From contig CAJINV010000002.1 in assembly GCA_905178155.1 (NCBI GenBank), positions 62,001 to 126,000 on the forward strand: DNA of 64,000 bases, given 5' to 3'. Origin of the DNA: Amoebophrya sp. A120. Taxonomy: Eukaryota > Protista > Dinoflagellata. The notes below the pieces were generated by a model, which was not told the DNA's origin, searched no databases, and worked only from the letters and a program-made list of their open reading frames with translations. The position numbers and the translations under genes are program-made. Shown here one piece after another: positions 24,301-36,854 of the stretch; positions within the stretch are counted from its first letter, which is position 1; each line of letters begins with the position of its first letter.

Positions 24301-25431
24301 ACACGACGAAAAATGGGAAAGATAAAACTGCAAAAAAAAAACAACACAGAAAATCAAAATGAAAAAGATAAAAGCGCAAAAACGCAAAGAAACTGCCTCT
24401 ACAGAGAAAGGAATATTTGCGCTGCCATGCAAAAATAGGAAAGGGCTTATCTCTGCAACGCGCATCCGATCCAGGGGATAGCTGCTTGCTTTTCCCTGCG
24501 TTACTCATGGGAAATGAATTTTGGCGCAATGCTAGAGAATTTGTTTGCCGCCACGCAGAGCTATTTCAATTGCTTCAATTTTTGTTTTGTCTTGCAAAAT
24601 GCAGGGCACCAAATTCATCCGTTTGCCACTAGCGCTTCGCGCACTAAGTCACTATGCGCGCGCCTGGTGTGAGGCGAGGGGCGGACGCTGTCCGCCCCGA
24701 TGCCGAACACCCCTCCCCCACTAGCGCTTCGCGCACTAAGCCACTATGCGCGCGCCTGGTGTGAGGCGAGGGGCGGACGCCGTCCGCCCCGATGCCGAAC
24801 ACCCCTCCCCCACTAGCGCCACTAGGGACGGGCACAAGGCCCCAGCGTGGGGACCCTGTCCCCACGCGTGGGTCTTGTTTCTCATGCGGTTTTAGGATAG
24901 GGATAGCAATAGCTGCTCCCAGCACAATACTTTTGCAGAAGATACAAGTCCGTTGTTCCCGCCGCCCCCGGGCTGCAGCAGCATGGCTTGTTTCTGCTTC
25001 TTCTCCCCTTCACCGGTGGCCGGAAACTGAAGTATCGCACAGAAAATCCCTAGCAGTGTTCTTGTACTTGTATTTGCAAAGCAAACAACATGAAACTACG
25101 ACTGCGGCCCACGCGCAACTACATTTTGATTTTTTAGTGCAAAAGAAAGGGGGCGGCGTGGCCCCTACTGGCATGCTCCGTAGATGGTCCCCTGGGAAGA
25201 ATGGATGAAGAAAATGCTACAGGTTATTTTTGTGTTGCAACGAGGAACCATGACAACATCGCTAGTACTGTCTTTCTGTGGGATAGTCATATTCAGAGTG
25301 TGCTGGTGTTTCTTGTTCGGTAGCACCGGCGGGTTCATCGGCAGCTTTGATTGGGGTTGGTGTGCGGCAGGTTGCTGCTGTCCGTTGTGGGATCTCATCG
25401 GCTGGCTCTCCGCACCTTGGGCGAAAAACAT
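21398..25431 (-). CDS. Multi-exon coiled-coil protein of unknown function
   Basis: Nine TIR introns (25033-25285, 23919-24944, 23567-23877, 23157-23399, 22778-23023, 22415-22752, 22007-22288, 21708-21951, 21502-21638), each +5 nt, give an open frame: ...AKEAQIRAGEKEQEAKERLSRLERELDQKQQEADQAYQRAVRAAELQRERDLRRIEKALG...EARLELEAKDVASRI... Confidence 0.7.
21502..21638. mobile_element. TIR introner, degenerate
   Basis: TATCGGGACGAA...TTTCTTCGTGATA; +5 removal gives DR|VKLEVEDDEEK. Confidence 0.45.
21708..21951. mobile_element. TIR introner, family A (degenerate)
   Basis: TATGGATTGCAAATACATCTGG...CCAGAGTTTTTTTCTGTTGATA; +5 removal keeps frame. Confidence 0.7.
22007..22288. mobile_element. TIR introner, family B
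   Basis: TATCCTCAGTAAAAACG...CGTTTTTCCACAGGATA; DR CTCTT/ATCTT. Confidence 0.82.
22415..22752. mobile_element. TIR introner, degenerate
   Basis: TATTCAGCAGACGAAACGCAGACC...GGATCTGCATTTTTCTTGGATA; DR GCAGG/GCGCG; in frame. Confidence 0.6.
22778..23023. mobile_element. TIR introner, family E
   Basis: TATGGAGTTTTCAAATGTTAC...GTAACGTTTGAGAACCCCATA; DR CACAT/CGCCT. Confidence 0.85.
23157..23399. mobile_element. TIR introner, family B
   Basis: CATCCTGTGCGAAAACGTCCC...GCACGTTTTATACACGGGATA; DR AATCC/TTTCC. Confidence 0.8.
23567..23877. mobile_element. TIR introner, family D
   Basis: ~31-bp near-perfect TIR beginning TATCAAAAGGAAAAATCCCCCCTCCCATATC; perfect DR ATTTG. Confidence 0.93.
24154..24230. 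repeat. 13-bp minisatellite GACAGGTGACCTT, about 6 copies
   Basis: Read directly from the sequence. Confidence 0.92.
24626..24819. repeat. 92-bp tandem duplication with a GC hairpin
   Basis: CCACTAGCGC starts at 24626, 24718 and 24810; each unit contains GGGGCGGAC-N3-GTCCGCCCC. Confidence 0.92.
25033..25285. mobile_element. TIR introner, degenerate
   Basis: TATCGCACAGAAA...TTTCTGTGGGATA; +5 removal in frame. Confidence 0.65.
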
Positions 25432-26578
25432 CTTGGTGATTTCGTAACGTACTTCTGCTTCCAAACGTCGTTCACGAGGAATCTAGCAACAACTGCTTAG
25501 AGCTTGACTTACTTCTACTGCTGTTCATAAATTACAAGATGAAGTTGCAGGATGTAGTTTATTGCGTACGGAAGTAGACTTCGGTTAAATAACTTTTGAG
25601 GAAAGAAGAAATCTAATCTTGTCACTTGCACGACCCTACGAAGTTGTACGAGAAGCATCCGATTTTTTTCGAAGTCTCCCCGGGTCTCTCGTCAGTCTCT
25701 CATCCACACTACGACGACTCCGACCACGTGTAAAGTATGTAGTAGTCCCCAGAGTCAAGAAACCGAGAAGCCGATAAATTAAACTTTTGCTGGTATACAT
25801 TGATTCGAAGGTCAATGTAGTTGCATCATATCATATAACGAGTCGATCGAAGAACACACTGATCAAGTTCTTTCAAGGGTGAAGCCAATAGGCTTCCATA
25901 GCTCACTGGCACAACTTTTGCCAGCGCATGCTATAACACTCAAAGGGATGCTGACACGGCGGCCACTACTAAAAATCTTTGCTGTAGTATATTCTGCGCT
26001 GCAGGTAGAGTTATTTTCATCCGCGTTGATCGTGAAGCGACTAAAAAAACATCCTCCCCCAACCGGTCACTCCGCGGCACCCGCCCACTCCAGCTCTGCA
26101 CAGAGCCTGCGCCACCGTGCCTGGGAGGGCTCCCCGGCTCTGCGCTGGAACTCGAAGACCTCCCCGATCGTCTATCAGAACGCAAACCGCCCCGGCCCCA
26201 GAAAATTACCGTAGGGGATTTTCATGCCCTTCGTGCACATGCAAGTTTATTGATGTACAGGAGGACAGCGAGCGTTTGTACTGCAAAAAACTAGGGGTTG
26301 CGAAGCTCGCCCTGTAGCGGCAGCAGCTGCAACAGCCCAGTTGTAAGACTCTGGATCACGACTAAGTCACGGAAATAATTGTTATATCTGGATGATGTTC
26401 TTGCCAGAGGACCTGTAGTACCATTTGCATTTGCAGAAGTTTCCACTAAGTAGTTGCCCGCGGTACTGCAATCTATCAAAGTTTCTGACTACGGGGCACT
26501 CTGTTTCAATCTTATACCGTTGCCATGCGCAACTTTGCGATCTCCGCGTGGGTCAGGGCGTAAAAGCGGTAAGTCTGC

Positions 26579-26842
26579 CATCCTGAGCAAAAACGTCCCT
26601 AACCCAGAGTTGTCATGCAGAGTTGCAATTACAGGATCGCCTGTAATGCGGATCCCCAAGAGAGCTAGTTGCAATGATATTTTGGCATTTCTAATGCTGT
26701 AAACAGGATACTGTTACTGGGGCGATGGCCGCCCTTGCTAATGTGCGAGAAAGTTGTCATGCGTGACTTCCAAAATTTCTGGATTTGTGTTTCATGCTGA
26801 TCCTAACTTGATTCTGCGATGGGGACATTTTTACTTAGGATA
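26579..26842. mobile_element. TIR introner, family B
   Basis: DR TCTGC/CCTGC; removal gives MELLVQSLQ|AYRFYALTHAEIAKLRM on the minus strand. Confidence 0.85.
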
Positions 26843-29747
26843 CCTGCAACGACTGCACCAACAGCTCCATCCAGTGAAAAAATAATTGCACCCCATATTC
26901 ACGACGTTGGTGAGCACCCAGTACTTACCACAAGTCCAGATTCTGATTCTGTACAAAACACGCATGACAAATGGGGTCCTGCTCCACACAGCACTACTTG
27001 TGAGTACTGACTGAACTGCCACTTATTTTCCTCACAGAGCCAACTTGCTATAAATAAAGTAGAAACTATTATGAAACTCCGGTTTTCGTGCCTGGGAGCG
27101 GAAAGTTGCAGTAGTCGTGTGATGTTCTAACAAATGCAGATTTGGACAGCAAATATGAAGATGAAGTTCTTTTACACAAGATAATTTTGTCCTGTACCTT
27201 CATGGCGTTCGTGCCGCGCATCAACTTTCGGAAAGGCCCTGCTGCCATCAATTCTGGTGGCATATGCGGGAAAAAAAACACACCAATACTGAATTATCCG
27301 AAATCGTCTCTAGTATAGTGCGTTGGGTTGCGAGCCGGGGCCACATGACAACGGAAACGTGAAGGTCTGTCTTGTTTCCGATATTTGCAACTCGCCAATC
27401 TGAATCGTGGATGTTCCCGGAATCTGCGAACCAAATACTGGGCATGACGAGTTACATATTCTTGACACTGCAGCATGGGTGTTTTTCTCCGTGATACGGT
27501 ATGACAACCTCGGTTTCCCCGTCCTCCATAATGACATCCTCGTCTTTGTGATGCATTGCAACTAGGTTGCCTGGGTCTCGATACTTGTGACCATGCTGGA
27601 GTACAACGAAACACAAGGACGCCGACACCTCAAGTGACCGTCCTGGAGCATGAAAACTTTTTGAACTGCCAGCACGTGTTAGCTATTTTGCATCACAAAC
27701 AGTGAATTTGCGTGACAAGAAACGGGGGATCCTGGTCATGCGCATGACAGATTTGAAATTCATACTAGCCAAACATGGCACAACTTGCAGTCTTCCAGCA
27801 GACCCAAACATATTTGCGCTGCGTACTCCTGTTCTGACGCCTCAGCGACCACCCCCTGCGCTGCGGATGAGAGATTGGTAGTGCCCTGATATTCTTTGCC
27901 CATTTTGTGAAGGGTCGTGTCGCTAAAAAGCAACGGTTCTAGATAGACATAGATTCTTTCCTCGAGATATAATCGTCTCGACTTGTCATGCGTCTCTACG
28001 TGTAGGAACAAAATTAATTTTTGTGTTAATGCTTCTGAACAGACGAAATACGTACGATAGTAGAGAAAGAGATATAATGTATGATCCTGCTGTACCTCGT
28101 CCTGTCAATACACAGCTACTGTGTCAAGAACAAGCGCATCGGATGAAACTAAAAACAAGGACGCCTAATAAAGAACAACTGAGTTGAAGGTGCAAAAATA
28201 GAATCGACTATCGCAACCCCCTGCTACAATCGAGATCGCGTTGATGGTGGCTACTAGTTTATTCTTAGCACAACCAGATCGGTTTTACTTTTACTCCTGG
28301 GATCTCCGCAACGCTGATCATCTGTGCCTTCCAGACTAAAACACAAGATCCGGGCACATCAAACGCTTCGGGCCTGCTCGGCAATGTAACTGGAGTTACC
28401 GTCTTAGACTGCACAAAAAGAACTCTTTTCTCCAGAACAGCGACGCTTTTTATTGCCGCCATCTGCTACTAGAAATTCTACTAGCAGGGTATGTCACTGC
28501 AATATCAAACTCCCTTTCAATCCTACCGAAGGCCCAAAGCCTGGTCGAAGTGGGGTTCGAATGATATCCCTGTAAAGCTGCTGTTGAAGATCACAATAAA
28601 TTTATCTTTTTTACACTTCTATACCGCTCACCTACTCTTCTTGTGCCGCTGCTTAGACACCATGGAGACACTTCGTTCTTTTTGTCGCGGCTTTATTTTG
28701 TGCACAAGTATCAATTTTGATGGTATCTTGAAACAGCATCAATCTGGTGCTGCAGGCCTCGCGGTCATCGCTTCATTTAGTGTGGATGATTAGGAAGTAC
28801 AAAACATCAAACTGATCGTTGCAAGGTATTGTAAATTTTGCGAAAAGTTCGAGAAAACATTGTGCGAAACATTAACATTGCCATAGTTGAAACAAAACGA
28901 ATTTGATGTTGCTCGCAACATAACTGTGGCTGATTGCATATTAGGCATTTTCAAAAAAGTTCTAGGAAAGGGTGAATATAGAAACTTGTCTGTCGTGTTC
29001 ATTTTGCAAGATTTTCGTGAGAAGTTCGGGCAAGTAGAAACTACCTGTCTGTGTTCGTTTTAAAGAAACGCTGTTGGAGTCAGAACTATAGCGAAACGTA
29101 TGTCGAATTTGTTGATATTTGCAACTGAAACTGAAACTGAAACAGTAAATTTTTTGAAAAGTTTGGGTAAAAGTGAATGAGAAACTTTTTTTCAAAGAAA
29201 CGCCGTTGAAGTAGTAGCAGTAGTTGTAGCAGTAGATGAAGTCAGAGCTAGAACGAGGAAATACAACCCGTATAAATTCCGTTTGTCTTCAGTGTTGGCA
29301 CCAGGACTGCATGGATTCTGCTACCTTCACTTTCCGCCTTGGAGGAAGGGGGTCGTGCTGGGTGCGTACTATCAGAAAGAGGAGCAGCCGCTCATGCCGA
29401 ATTGAGGTCTATTTCTTTCACAAGCAATACATAGGCTTTTTTCTTCCTGTCAGTCTGTCATGCATGACAAACAGATTTTCATTTCATGCAACCCCTTCTG
29501 GCTTCCTTCTGCATGACAAAAATACTGGCAGAGTGGGCGAGCTGCGACTCATAAAAACATCACGGACTGTCGGCTGAGCGTTCGTGTCCACGAGAAAAAC
29601 CTCGCCTTCCCCCAGCACATACGGCGGGAAAAATCATTTTATTTTTCATGTGCCGATGGCGATGCCATCTGATCATGAAAAAAGTGTTTCTCCATGCAGC
29701 GCTGAATGTGGGAGGGGACGAACAGAGAATAGCACGGCATACGCTTG

Positions 29748-30012
29748 TATCAAATGCAAATATGTCTGCATCTGGAAGAGTGCGCGACTTGTCATGCTGC
29801 TTTTCCATGGCCCATGAGGTCAGGAATGCAGGACCTAGCATGACAGATTCTGTGCGATCTCTCTCATGCCCATCCTGCATGAGAAACTCCCTCCCGACTT
29901 GGTCAAAACTGGACGACTTTTTGTAATCAAGCAACACAGATTTTTGCATGCTTCAGATTTAGCATGACAAGTTGCGATCTTCCAGGAGACCCAGACATCT
30001 TTACATTTGATA
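29748..30012. mobile_element. TIR introner, family A
   Basis: Perfect DR GCTTG; homologue of 1041-1307. Confidence 0.92.
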
Positions 30013-30766
30013 GCTTGGAGCCGAAGTTGCGGAGATTCGAATTCCACACTGTATGCAACGAAAAAATGTGCCCATGCAGTCAGTTATGGGAGGAGGTTTT
30101 ACGGTGAGATGCAAGATAAAATTTACGAAGTCATGAATCATGGGTAAGTACTGTTTTTGCCATGCGAGAAGGACAGCATGATTCGGCCAGACCATGCAGT
30201 ACACGACCTTTCCATGATATGGGCACAAGCTTCAACGTTGGATAGTGTATCAATGTTGGGAGCGGTTGTTGTGATTTGATCAGAGCAATTAAATTTAAAT
30301 CATACCAACAAAATGTGACATGCAAATGCCACCACGATTTCACACTTTGGAACACGGCGGTGCAGTTCATGCATGACAAGCAGTGAGTCGTGTGCTTCTC
30401 GGGGTCATAGTGATAGTATATTTTCTCTGGCAAAAGAAGAGGTGAAGGAAAATGTGCATCAAAGTCAAGATATTGCATCTTCAATACCGCCGGCGCGACG
30501 AATCGCGATGTAGTCGCAGATCTGGATGCTGCGAGTCCGAGTGGTTTTTTGGACCCGATGCTGCTGGACGCCTGTAGTTATCATTTCAAAAGGATCTAAC
30601 TGCCCAATGCTCGTCATACTAGGACCAATCAGGCAAGAGCCCCATGATTTTGTGTTTCATGCGTGACAAACAGAAATGGAACGTTGGCTGATCATCGTCT
30701 TCAGTTTTTCATTGATTTTTCTCTTTGCAGCGGTAAATCAAAATAAGTAAGTATTGCATATAGTAC

Positions 30767-31460
30767 CTGCGGCACGAACCGACTGGTAACATCCGATCCC
30801 GACACGAACGGGGACTGGGCATCCGACCCCGGCACGTATCAATCCAAAAGGGCCCACCTTGCCTATCAAATGCAAAAATGTCGGGGTCTGGAAGATTGCG
30901 GGACTTGTCATGCTTGTCTGGCATGACTAAAAAGTTTGTGATGCGCGTCCAAGGAGAGACCATTTTGCTTGTCATGCAAAAACGCAGTTTGTCATGCGAA
31001 AAACGCAACACAAAGAAGCGCAGATATTTTTCATGCTTGGCTGTGCATTACAGAGCATTCACCATTCCCAACGCAGCATTACAAGTTTCCAGACCCAGAC
31101 ATTTTTACAGTTGATAGTGTCCCTCCGAGCACCAATCACGCAAGAACGCAATGCTTCTTCATATTTATGGATTGCGAAAATGTCTGGGTCTGGAAGATTC
31201 TTACCTTTGTCATGCATTTCTGACATGACTCGAGAATCTGTAATGCATGGAGACGAAATAAAGCCTCTCCTACCTGTCATACAAAAACGCAGTTTCTCAT
31301 GCGGAATACGCAACGCATAGCAGCTCAAAAATTTGTCATGCTTGGCTGCGTTTTACAGTCCGGCTACCATCCACTTTTAGCATCACAAGTTTCCAGACCC
31401 AGACATTTTTGCAATGCATAATATTGCAGCACCAGAGACCATGTCGCCTCTTCCTGCTGG
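30767..31460 (-). CDS. Exons of a multi-exon gene of unknown function (partial)
   Basis: Removing 31166-31420 and 30864-31116 (+5 nt) gives QEEATWSLVLQY|EEALRSCVIGARRDT|VGPFGLIRAGVGCPVPVRVGIGCYQSVRAA, bounded by AG and GT. Confidence 0.4.
30864..31116. mobile_element. TIR introner, family A
   Basis: ~28-bp TIR; DR TTGCC/GTGTC; same subfamily as adjacent 31166-31420. Confidence 0.88.
31166..31420. mobile_element. TIR introner, family A
   Basis: Perfect DR ATATT. Confidence 0.92.
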
Positions 31461-32279
31461 GAGAAAATCTAAAACTCGATTTTCCCTCTGTCTACTTCCG
31501 CATCCGCACAGAGGAAGGGGTTCATGGTGTAAAAAATCGAACTCCATCAAACGACCGGCGGTGGTACAATATTCTATCTAATGACACAGACAACATATAA
31601 ACAAGTGTGCAGATTTGTGAGATTCTGTTCTTGAAGATTGATACTAGTGAAGACAAGCGCGGCGAGTGCCTCTGACTGTTCCTTGATAACGAGATTACTG
31701 GACGGGCTTGAAAAAACTGCGGACCACGGTTTAGTACTATGCAGACGAAGTGGTCGTGGTCAAGAAAGAAGCCCGATTTCCAAAACGTGTCCCGCGGATC
31801 ATGGTTTTTTTTGCTTCGGGTTTTACAAGTACATATGTTCTGCTATCAATCTCCGCATGACAGAATTCCGCTCCGGACGAAGTATGCATGACAAAGTCCT
31901 CTTTTCCTGACCGTTTTTTCGAAGTTGCATAGACATCCCGGTAGATGAAGAGCAGCTCGAGGTGGAGGTGGCCGCAGCAGAGTTGGTGCTTTGTGCAAAC
32001 GCAAAATCAATCTTTCACCACAAGACCTGCGGCATCTTGCATACGCGGCTCAGTGAGTAGTTCACGATGCAAGATGAACGCACTCTTTTCTGATGAAAAA
32101 TAGATTTTACTCTCCTACACCGGCGTTGACGATCGTGCGGACGTTGTGCTAGAAAAACTGTACGTCTACTTCACAGGGGGTGCAGTAGATTTGTCATGCA
32201 GTTTTCGACTCTCCCATTCGCTGGTACCATTACAACTCATGCAGAACGAATACGGAATGAAGTACGTTCGTCAACATAT

Positions 32280-32567
32280 TATCCTGAGCAAAAACATCCC
32301 CACCCCATGTTCAAGTTCTGGGAAGTTTGCAACACAGATCCAGAAGTTTTGGAAGTCTCGCATGACAAGTTTTCCTCTGTATTGCAGCGCCGGTCAGCTT
32401 CAGCATGGAGAGCCGCATCACAAATCCATCTCTTTATCTTGTTCCCAGCATTACAAATGCCAAAAATTGATGGAAAATGGTTCTCATGAAAATGCGCATC
32501 GCAAATGCTTCTGCAATTGCAAATCTGCATGACAAACCTGGGGTGGAGAAAGTTTTTACCCAGCATA
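32280..32567. mobile_element. TIR introner, family B
   Basis: TATCCTGAGCAAAAACATCCCCACCCC...GGGGTGGAGAAAGTTTTTACCCAGCATA. Confidence 0.8.
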
Positions 32568-33929
32568 CAACGTGACATGACACAACGTCAACCTGTGACT
32601 TTATTGAGACGCACAGTTATTCTGTTTCCTAAGAATTGGTTCGCATTAGATTATCGATCAGGTTCGTGCCAGTGCTGGCGGCGTCGCCCATCGCGATTTC
32701 TCCCTCGATCACGTTCAGATATGCAAGGAAACGTTTGAGCTTTTCGACGTAAAACTGCGATGTTGATCCGGAAGAATTCATCCGTTTGGAGGACGAGTTG
32801 GTTCTCGTTGGAGGAAAAGCGTAGTCAAATAAACGTCGCAAGAACTACAAACTCTTCGTAGAAGCTGCAATAGTCTTCAGGATCAACAGGCACAGCCATG
32901 ATCGATGACTAGGGAGCGCAAAATTTTCGTGGGATATGTCGTCTAAGGGGGTGATGCCGTGGCGGGAGTGAAAACCTGTGTTTTTCTTTTTCATTTCAGT
33001 GTCGGTGGTAGAATAAACTTCTTTATGCCTGCTGATTATTCTGTAATGCGATTATTTCATGCTGTTGTCTATGCACAGATATGCAACACAAATTCAAATC
33101 AAATTGAATCTATCAGGACTCACATGCATCACAGCTCCTTGTTGCTCACAACAAATGAGTTGTATTACTGTACCATCATTCTGCACATTGCCTGAGCCCA
33201 AGATGGTCTGCGACAGCTGGTCCGAAACCGCCTGGCCATTCACGGACGGAATGTATCGAAGTGAGAATAGCATCTCCCAACATCCCGTAGAATATGACAA
33301 AGAAAATTTTTGCATATGCAAACTGACGTTTGTACGAAGTGAATCCTGCAGACGAAATTTCTTTCGGATACGGGGAAGGAGGTGGCATTCGCATCTTGAT
33401 AAGAGCAGGGTGTTGCTCAGCTGGTCGTCCCTCGGGGGCGTGCCCCAATATCCAGACGAAGAGACTCGCGGACCGCTCCAGAGACGAGGCACAACATTTT
33501 TCCGTCATACAAATTCAAATTTAATGATTACTACAAGCGCCGGCTTATCATCCGCTGGTGGGGGTCTGCGCGACAGCGTAAAAATTTGGGACGCGTGCTG
33601 CAGCGCACGAGGAGGGAGGGCGTAATGCTTGCATGTCATGCAAAACGCAGTAGTAGTCCCGTCGATGCACAGAAACACGCGTCTTTTGCGTGAGGTCATG
33701 GCAAGATTTTGGTCTGGAGAGATTCAAGCATCTTCCTCTCGATATACCCGTGCGCTGTACCTTCACCTTGGAGGCTCCGGGAGCGCTGAGCGCTTCCCAA
33801 ACGTGGTCCACTGTTTGTGTTTATTTTCAGCAATGAATTTTGAACTTCATCCTGTTGTAAACATAAGCGCTCATGCGACAAGACGAAAAATGGAGTTGCT
33901 GCATCCCAAAACCTCAAATATTTCCGTAT

Positions 33930-34626
33930 AATTAGATCCAGGACCACAGTATCGAATGCAAATATGTCTGGGTCTGAAAGACTGCGCAATTTTGTCATGC
34001 CTCTTTTGGATCACGCAGATGCTCCCTCTGGAATGCCGCGCGCAAAAGCATGCTTTGTTCAGGTCTCTTGATTTGTTGCTGCTATCCTACCAGAAATATA
34101 AAGCTCGCTACTTGCGCAGCAACAAGTGGACAACTTTTGGCAATGCCAAAAGTTGTCCACTAGACAAACACACTATGATGTTTGCGCACGACTCCAGAAT
34201 CCGCATTTCAAGTTCGAATCCTTCCAGACCCACACATCTTTGCAGTGGATAGACAGTAGTACTTGGACTCCCAGCACTGCTGTTGTTCACCTGGCTCAGC
34301 AGTTCCGCGTGGTCGTCTGGCGAAATCGCCTTCCGTCCCCTCTTATCAAATGCAAAAATGTCTGGGTCTGGAAGATTGCACGGTTTGTCATGTACATTTT
34401 GCATGACCCGGGATGTCTGCGATGTATGCCCCAGCATCACAAATTATTTGCGCGTATCTAGATGCCTATCCCGCATGAAAAATGTCCTCTCCACGGAGCA
34501 AGAGCTGGACGCTTCTTGCTGCTCATGCAATACAGATTTTCTTAAATTCCAAAAATAGCATCACAAGTTCTAACCTTCCAGACCCAAACATTTTTGCAAT
34601 CTTCCATACCTCTTCAATGCCACATC
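33930..34626 (-). CDS. Exons of a multi-exon gene of unknown function (partial)
   Basis: Removing 34344-34608 and 33950-34251 (+5 nt) gives LKR|GRKAISPDDHAELLSQVNNSSAGSPSTTV|VLDL. Confidence 0.45.
33950..34251. mobile_element. TIR introner, family A
   Basis: DR CACAG/GACAG. Confidence 0.88.
34344..34608. mobile_element. TIR introner, family A
   Basis: Perfect DR CCTCT. Confidence 0.9.
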
Positions 34627-35879
34627 TGAATGTGAGTTTTGTCACTAAGTTTTGCTGCTACACATCGCCTCGGCATCACAATGGACACAGTGCGAGAGGT
34701 GAACTCAAAGCCAATAAATTGAAAGGACGTTGTTGTATTGATGATTCTTCTGTTGGATTGTCTGCCGAAACAGGCACTTTTTATAAATTTTGCTGGTGCT
34801 GATCATGGTACTTTTTATTTTCCTGTTGGTAAAAAGCAAGAAAAGTCGAAATGCCTAGGGCTAAAAACAATTTAAAAACAAGGAACGACTGACTATACAC
34901 TCGTCGTCAACTATGCTGTGCAAAAGTGTCGCATTCGTACGAATTGCACCGGGTTCTGCAGCAATGCTACAAGAACAACTTGTGCTTCCCAACCTATCTT
35001 CGAAATGCAAACCAACATGACAAGAAATGCTAATGTAGACTTGATTATGCTTTCCTGGTGCTGTACTGCAATTCATATACGAGCGCGATACTTTCCCAAT
35101 GCATATGCACCGTCAGTGACCGATTCGCCGTCAATTTTTCCAGTTCCTTCTGGATAATCTCCTCGCGTGGAGAGGAAAAATGTCTGGGTCTCGAAGAATG
35201 TTGCCATGCATAACTGTCGTGCGGGATGACAACCAAATAAGAATACATAGAAAATCTGCGATGCGGACAAGATAAAATTAGAGAAAATCATCACTGATTT
35301 TTTTACAAGAGCCGCATAATGCTTACGCCCGGTGCGTAACAAGAGTCTAGCAATTTTTCACGTTCATCATGCAACACAGATTTCATTTTTGTTCATGTAT
35401 GTAACACAGTTTTTGTTTGTACGATCATCATCATCCAGATTGAGCATGCCACTGAGTGTATCCTCGTCCCAGATCCAGATGAAATATTTCCAATGCATAA
35501 CTTGTCACACTGGAGAATCTTGTGATGCGGCTTATCACGAGGAAAAAATCCTATCTCCCCGCACTTCATGTTCAAATGAAACACGTATCGTCAACGTCAC
35601 CATCGGATTCTTGTAAACGAATTCCTCTGTCATGCAAAGCATCGCCCGCGCCCCACAACACCAAACAGGTAACAACTGCCAGGCGGTGGGCGAAGAAAAA
35701 CTCACCTGGAAAGAACGCATCCGAATGGTCGGGAGTACAACTACTAGGGACGATGCGGATGCGGTCCTGCATTACTTATTGGATGTCAGACGTTGACGTG
35801 GACGTGGTAAGAAGTCTCGTGATCATGTTAGAACGACTAAGTACGTGCAGGTCGATGGGATTGTTTCCGACATGATATA

Positions 35880-36854
35880 GCTCTTCTTCCGCGGACTTCG
35901 CCTTCGTGTAAGCGGCCTTCGCCAGTTCGGTGTCGAGCGATTCCACCTCGAGTTTGGCTTGGAGGTATTTGGCTTCTAACTCGGCCAGTTTGTCGTGTTT
36001 TTGCGTCCTGAGTAAAAACGTCCCCACCCCATAGTCAAGTTGGGAAATCTGCAAGACAAGAAATCAGCCGTTCTTGTGCATGACAAGTCTGGGCTCGGAA
36101 TGTAGTCGCGTTTAGCTAGTGCAGCAGCATCACAAATTTAGTACCTCATGCTGATTGTAGCATCACAAATTTCAAAGAGCACTGGAAAATGCGTCTCACT
36201 CTCATGGGGATTTACCATGCACATTACTTTACCATGCAGAGGTGCATTACAACTCTGGGGTGGGGACTTTTACCATGCAGATTTGCATGACAAGAACTCT
36301 GGGGTGGGGAAGTTTTTGATCAGGGTATTCTGCCGTTGCCGATTATCATGCTCAGTCACGACCAGGGACTTGTGCGCCGCGAGCTCCGCTTGCAACTTGA
36401 GTTTCTGTTGCTCCTTCTCTTGCAAGTCCTGCTCTTTCGCGTTCCGCACCTATCCTGAGCAAAACCGTTCCCATCCCATAGTCAAGACGGGAAATCTGCT
36501 AGACAAATCAGCCAGCTTCGATTGTTGCGCATGACAAGTTTAGCTTCGTAATGTAAAAATCCTGTTTGGCTTGTTCAGCAGCATAACAGATCTGGTCCAT
36601 TATTCTGATTAGAGCATTACAAATTCCAAAACACGACGTAGAAAATTTTGCTTGTCATGGAGCTGCTCCGCATGAGAAACATTTTGAGCGTGCAGATTTA
36701 CATGACGACTATGGGGTTAGGACGGTTTTACATGGGATATCAACAGCTTCAAGTTGTTCCGATGCTCATCGGCGGCGAAGTTGGACATATCCCGTTCTTC
36801 GAGACTCCGCGTGAAGGCATCGAGGGCGACGTCAGTTTCTGCGCGGTAAGGCAT
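35880..36854 (-). CDS. Multi-exon coiled-coil protein, 5' part; continues downstream
   Basis: MPYRAETDVALDAFTRSLEERD...LKLL|RNAKEQDLQEKEQQKLKLQAELAAHK...RQ|KHDKLAELEAKYLQAKLEVESLDTELAK after removing 36451-36739 and 36004-36327 (+5 nt). Confidence 0.7.
36004..36327. mobile_element. TIR introner, family B
   Basis: DR TTTTG/TTCTG; in-frame removal; right-end sequence internally duplicated. Confidence 0.85.
36451..36739. mobile_element. TIR introner, family B
   Basis: DR GCACC/TCAAC; in-frame removal. Confidence 0.85.

Larger units (their letters stand above)
23919..24944. mobile_element. Expanded (1 kb) family C-like introner carrying internal tandem repeats
   Basis: GATAAATTGCAAATAGTATCGTAC...CAATACTTTTGCAGAAGATA; +5 removal joins NNGL|VDNIAS in frame. 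Confidence 0.55.
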
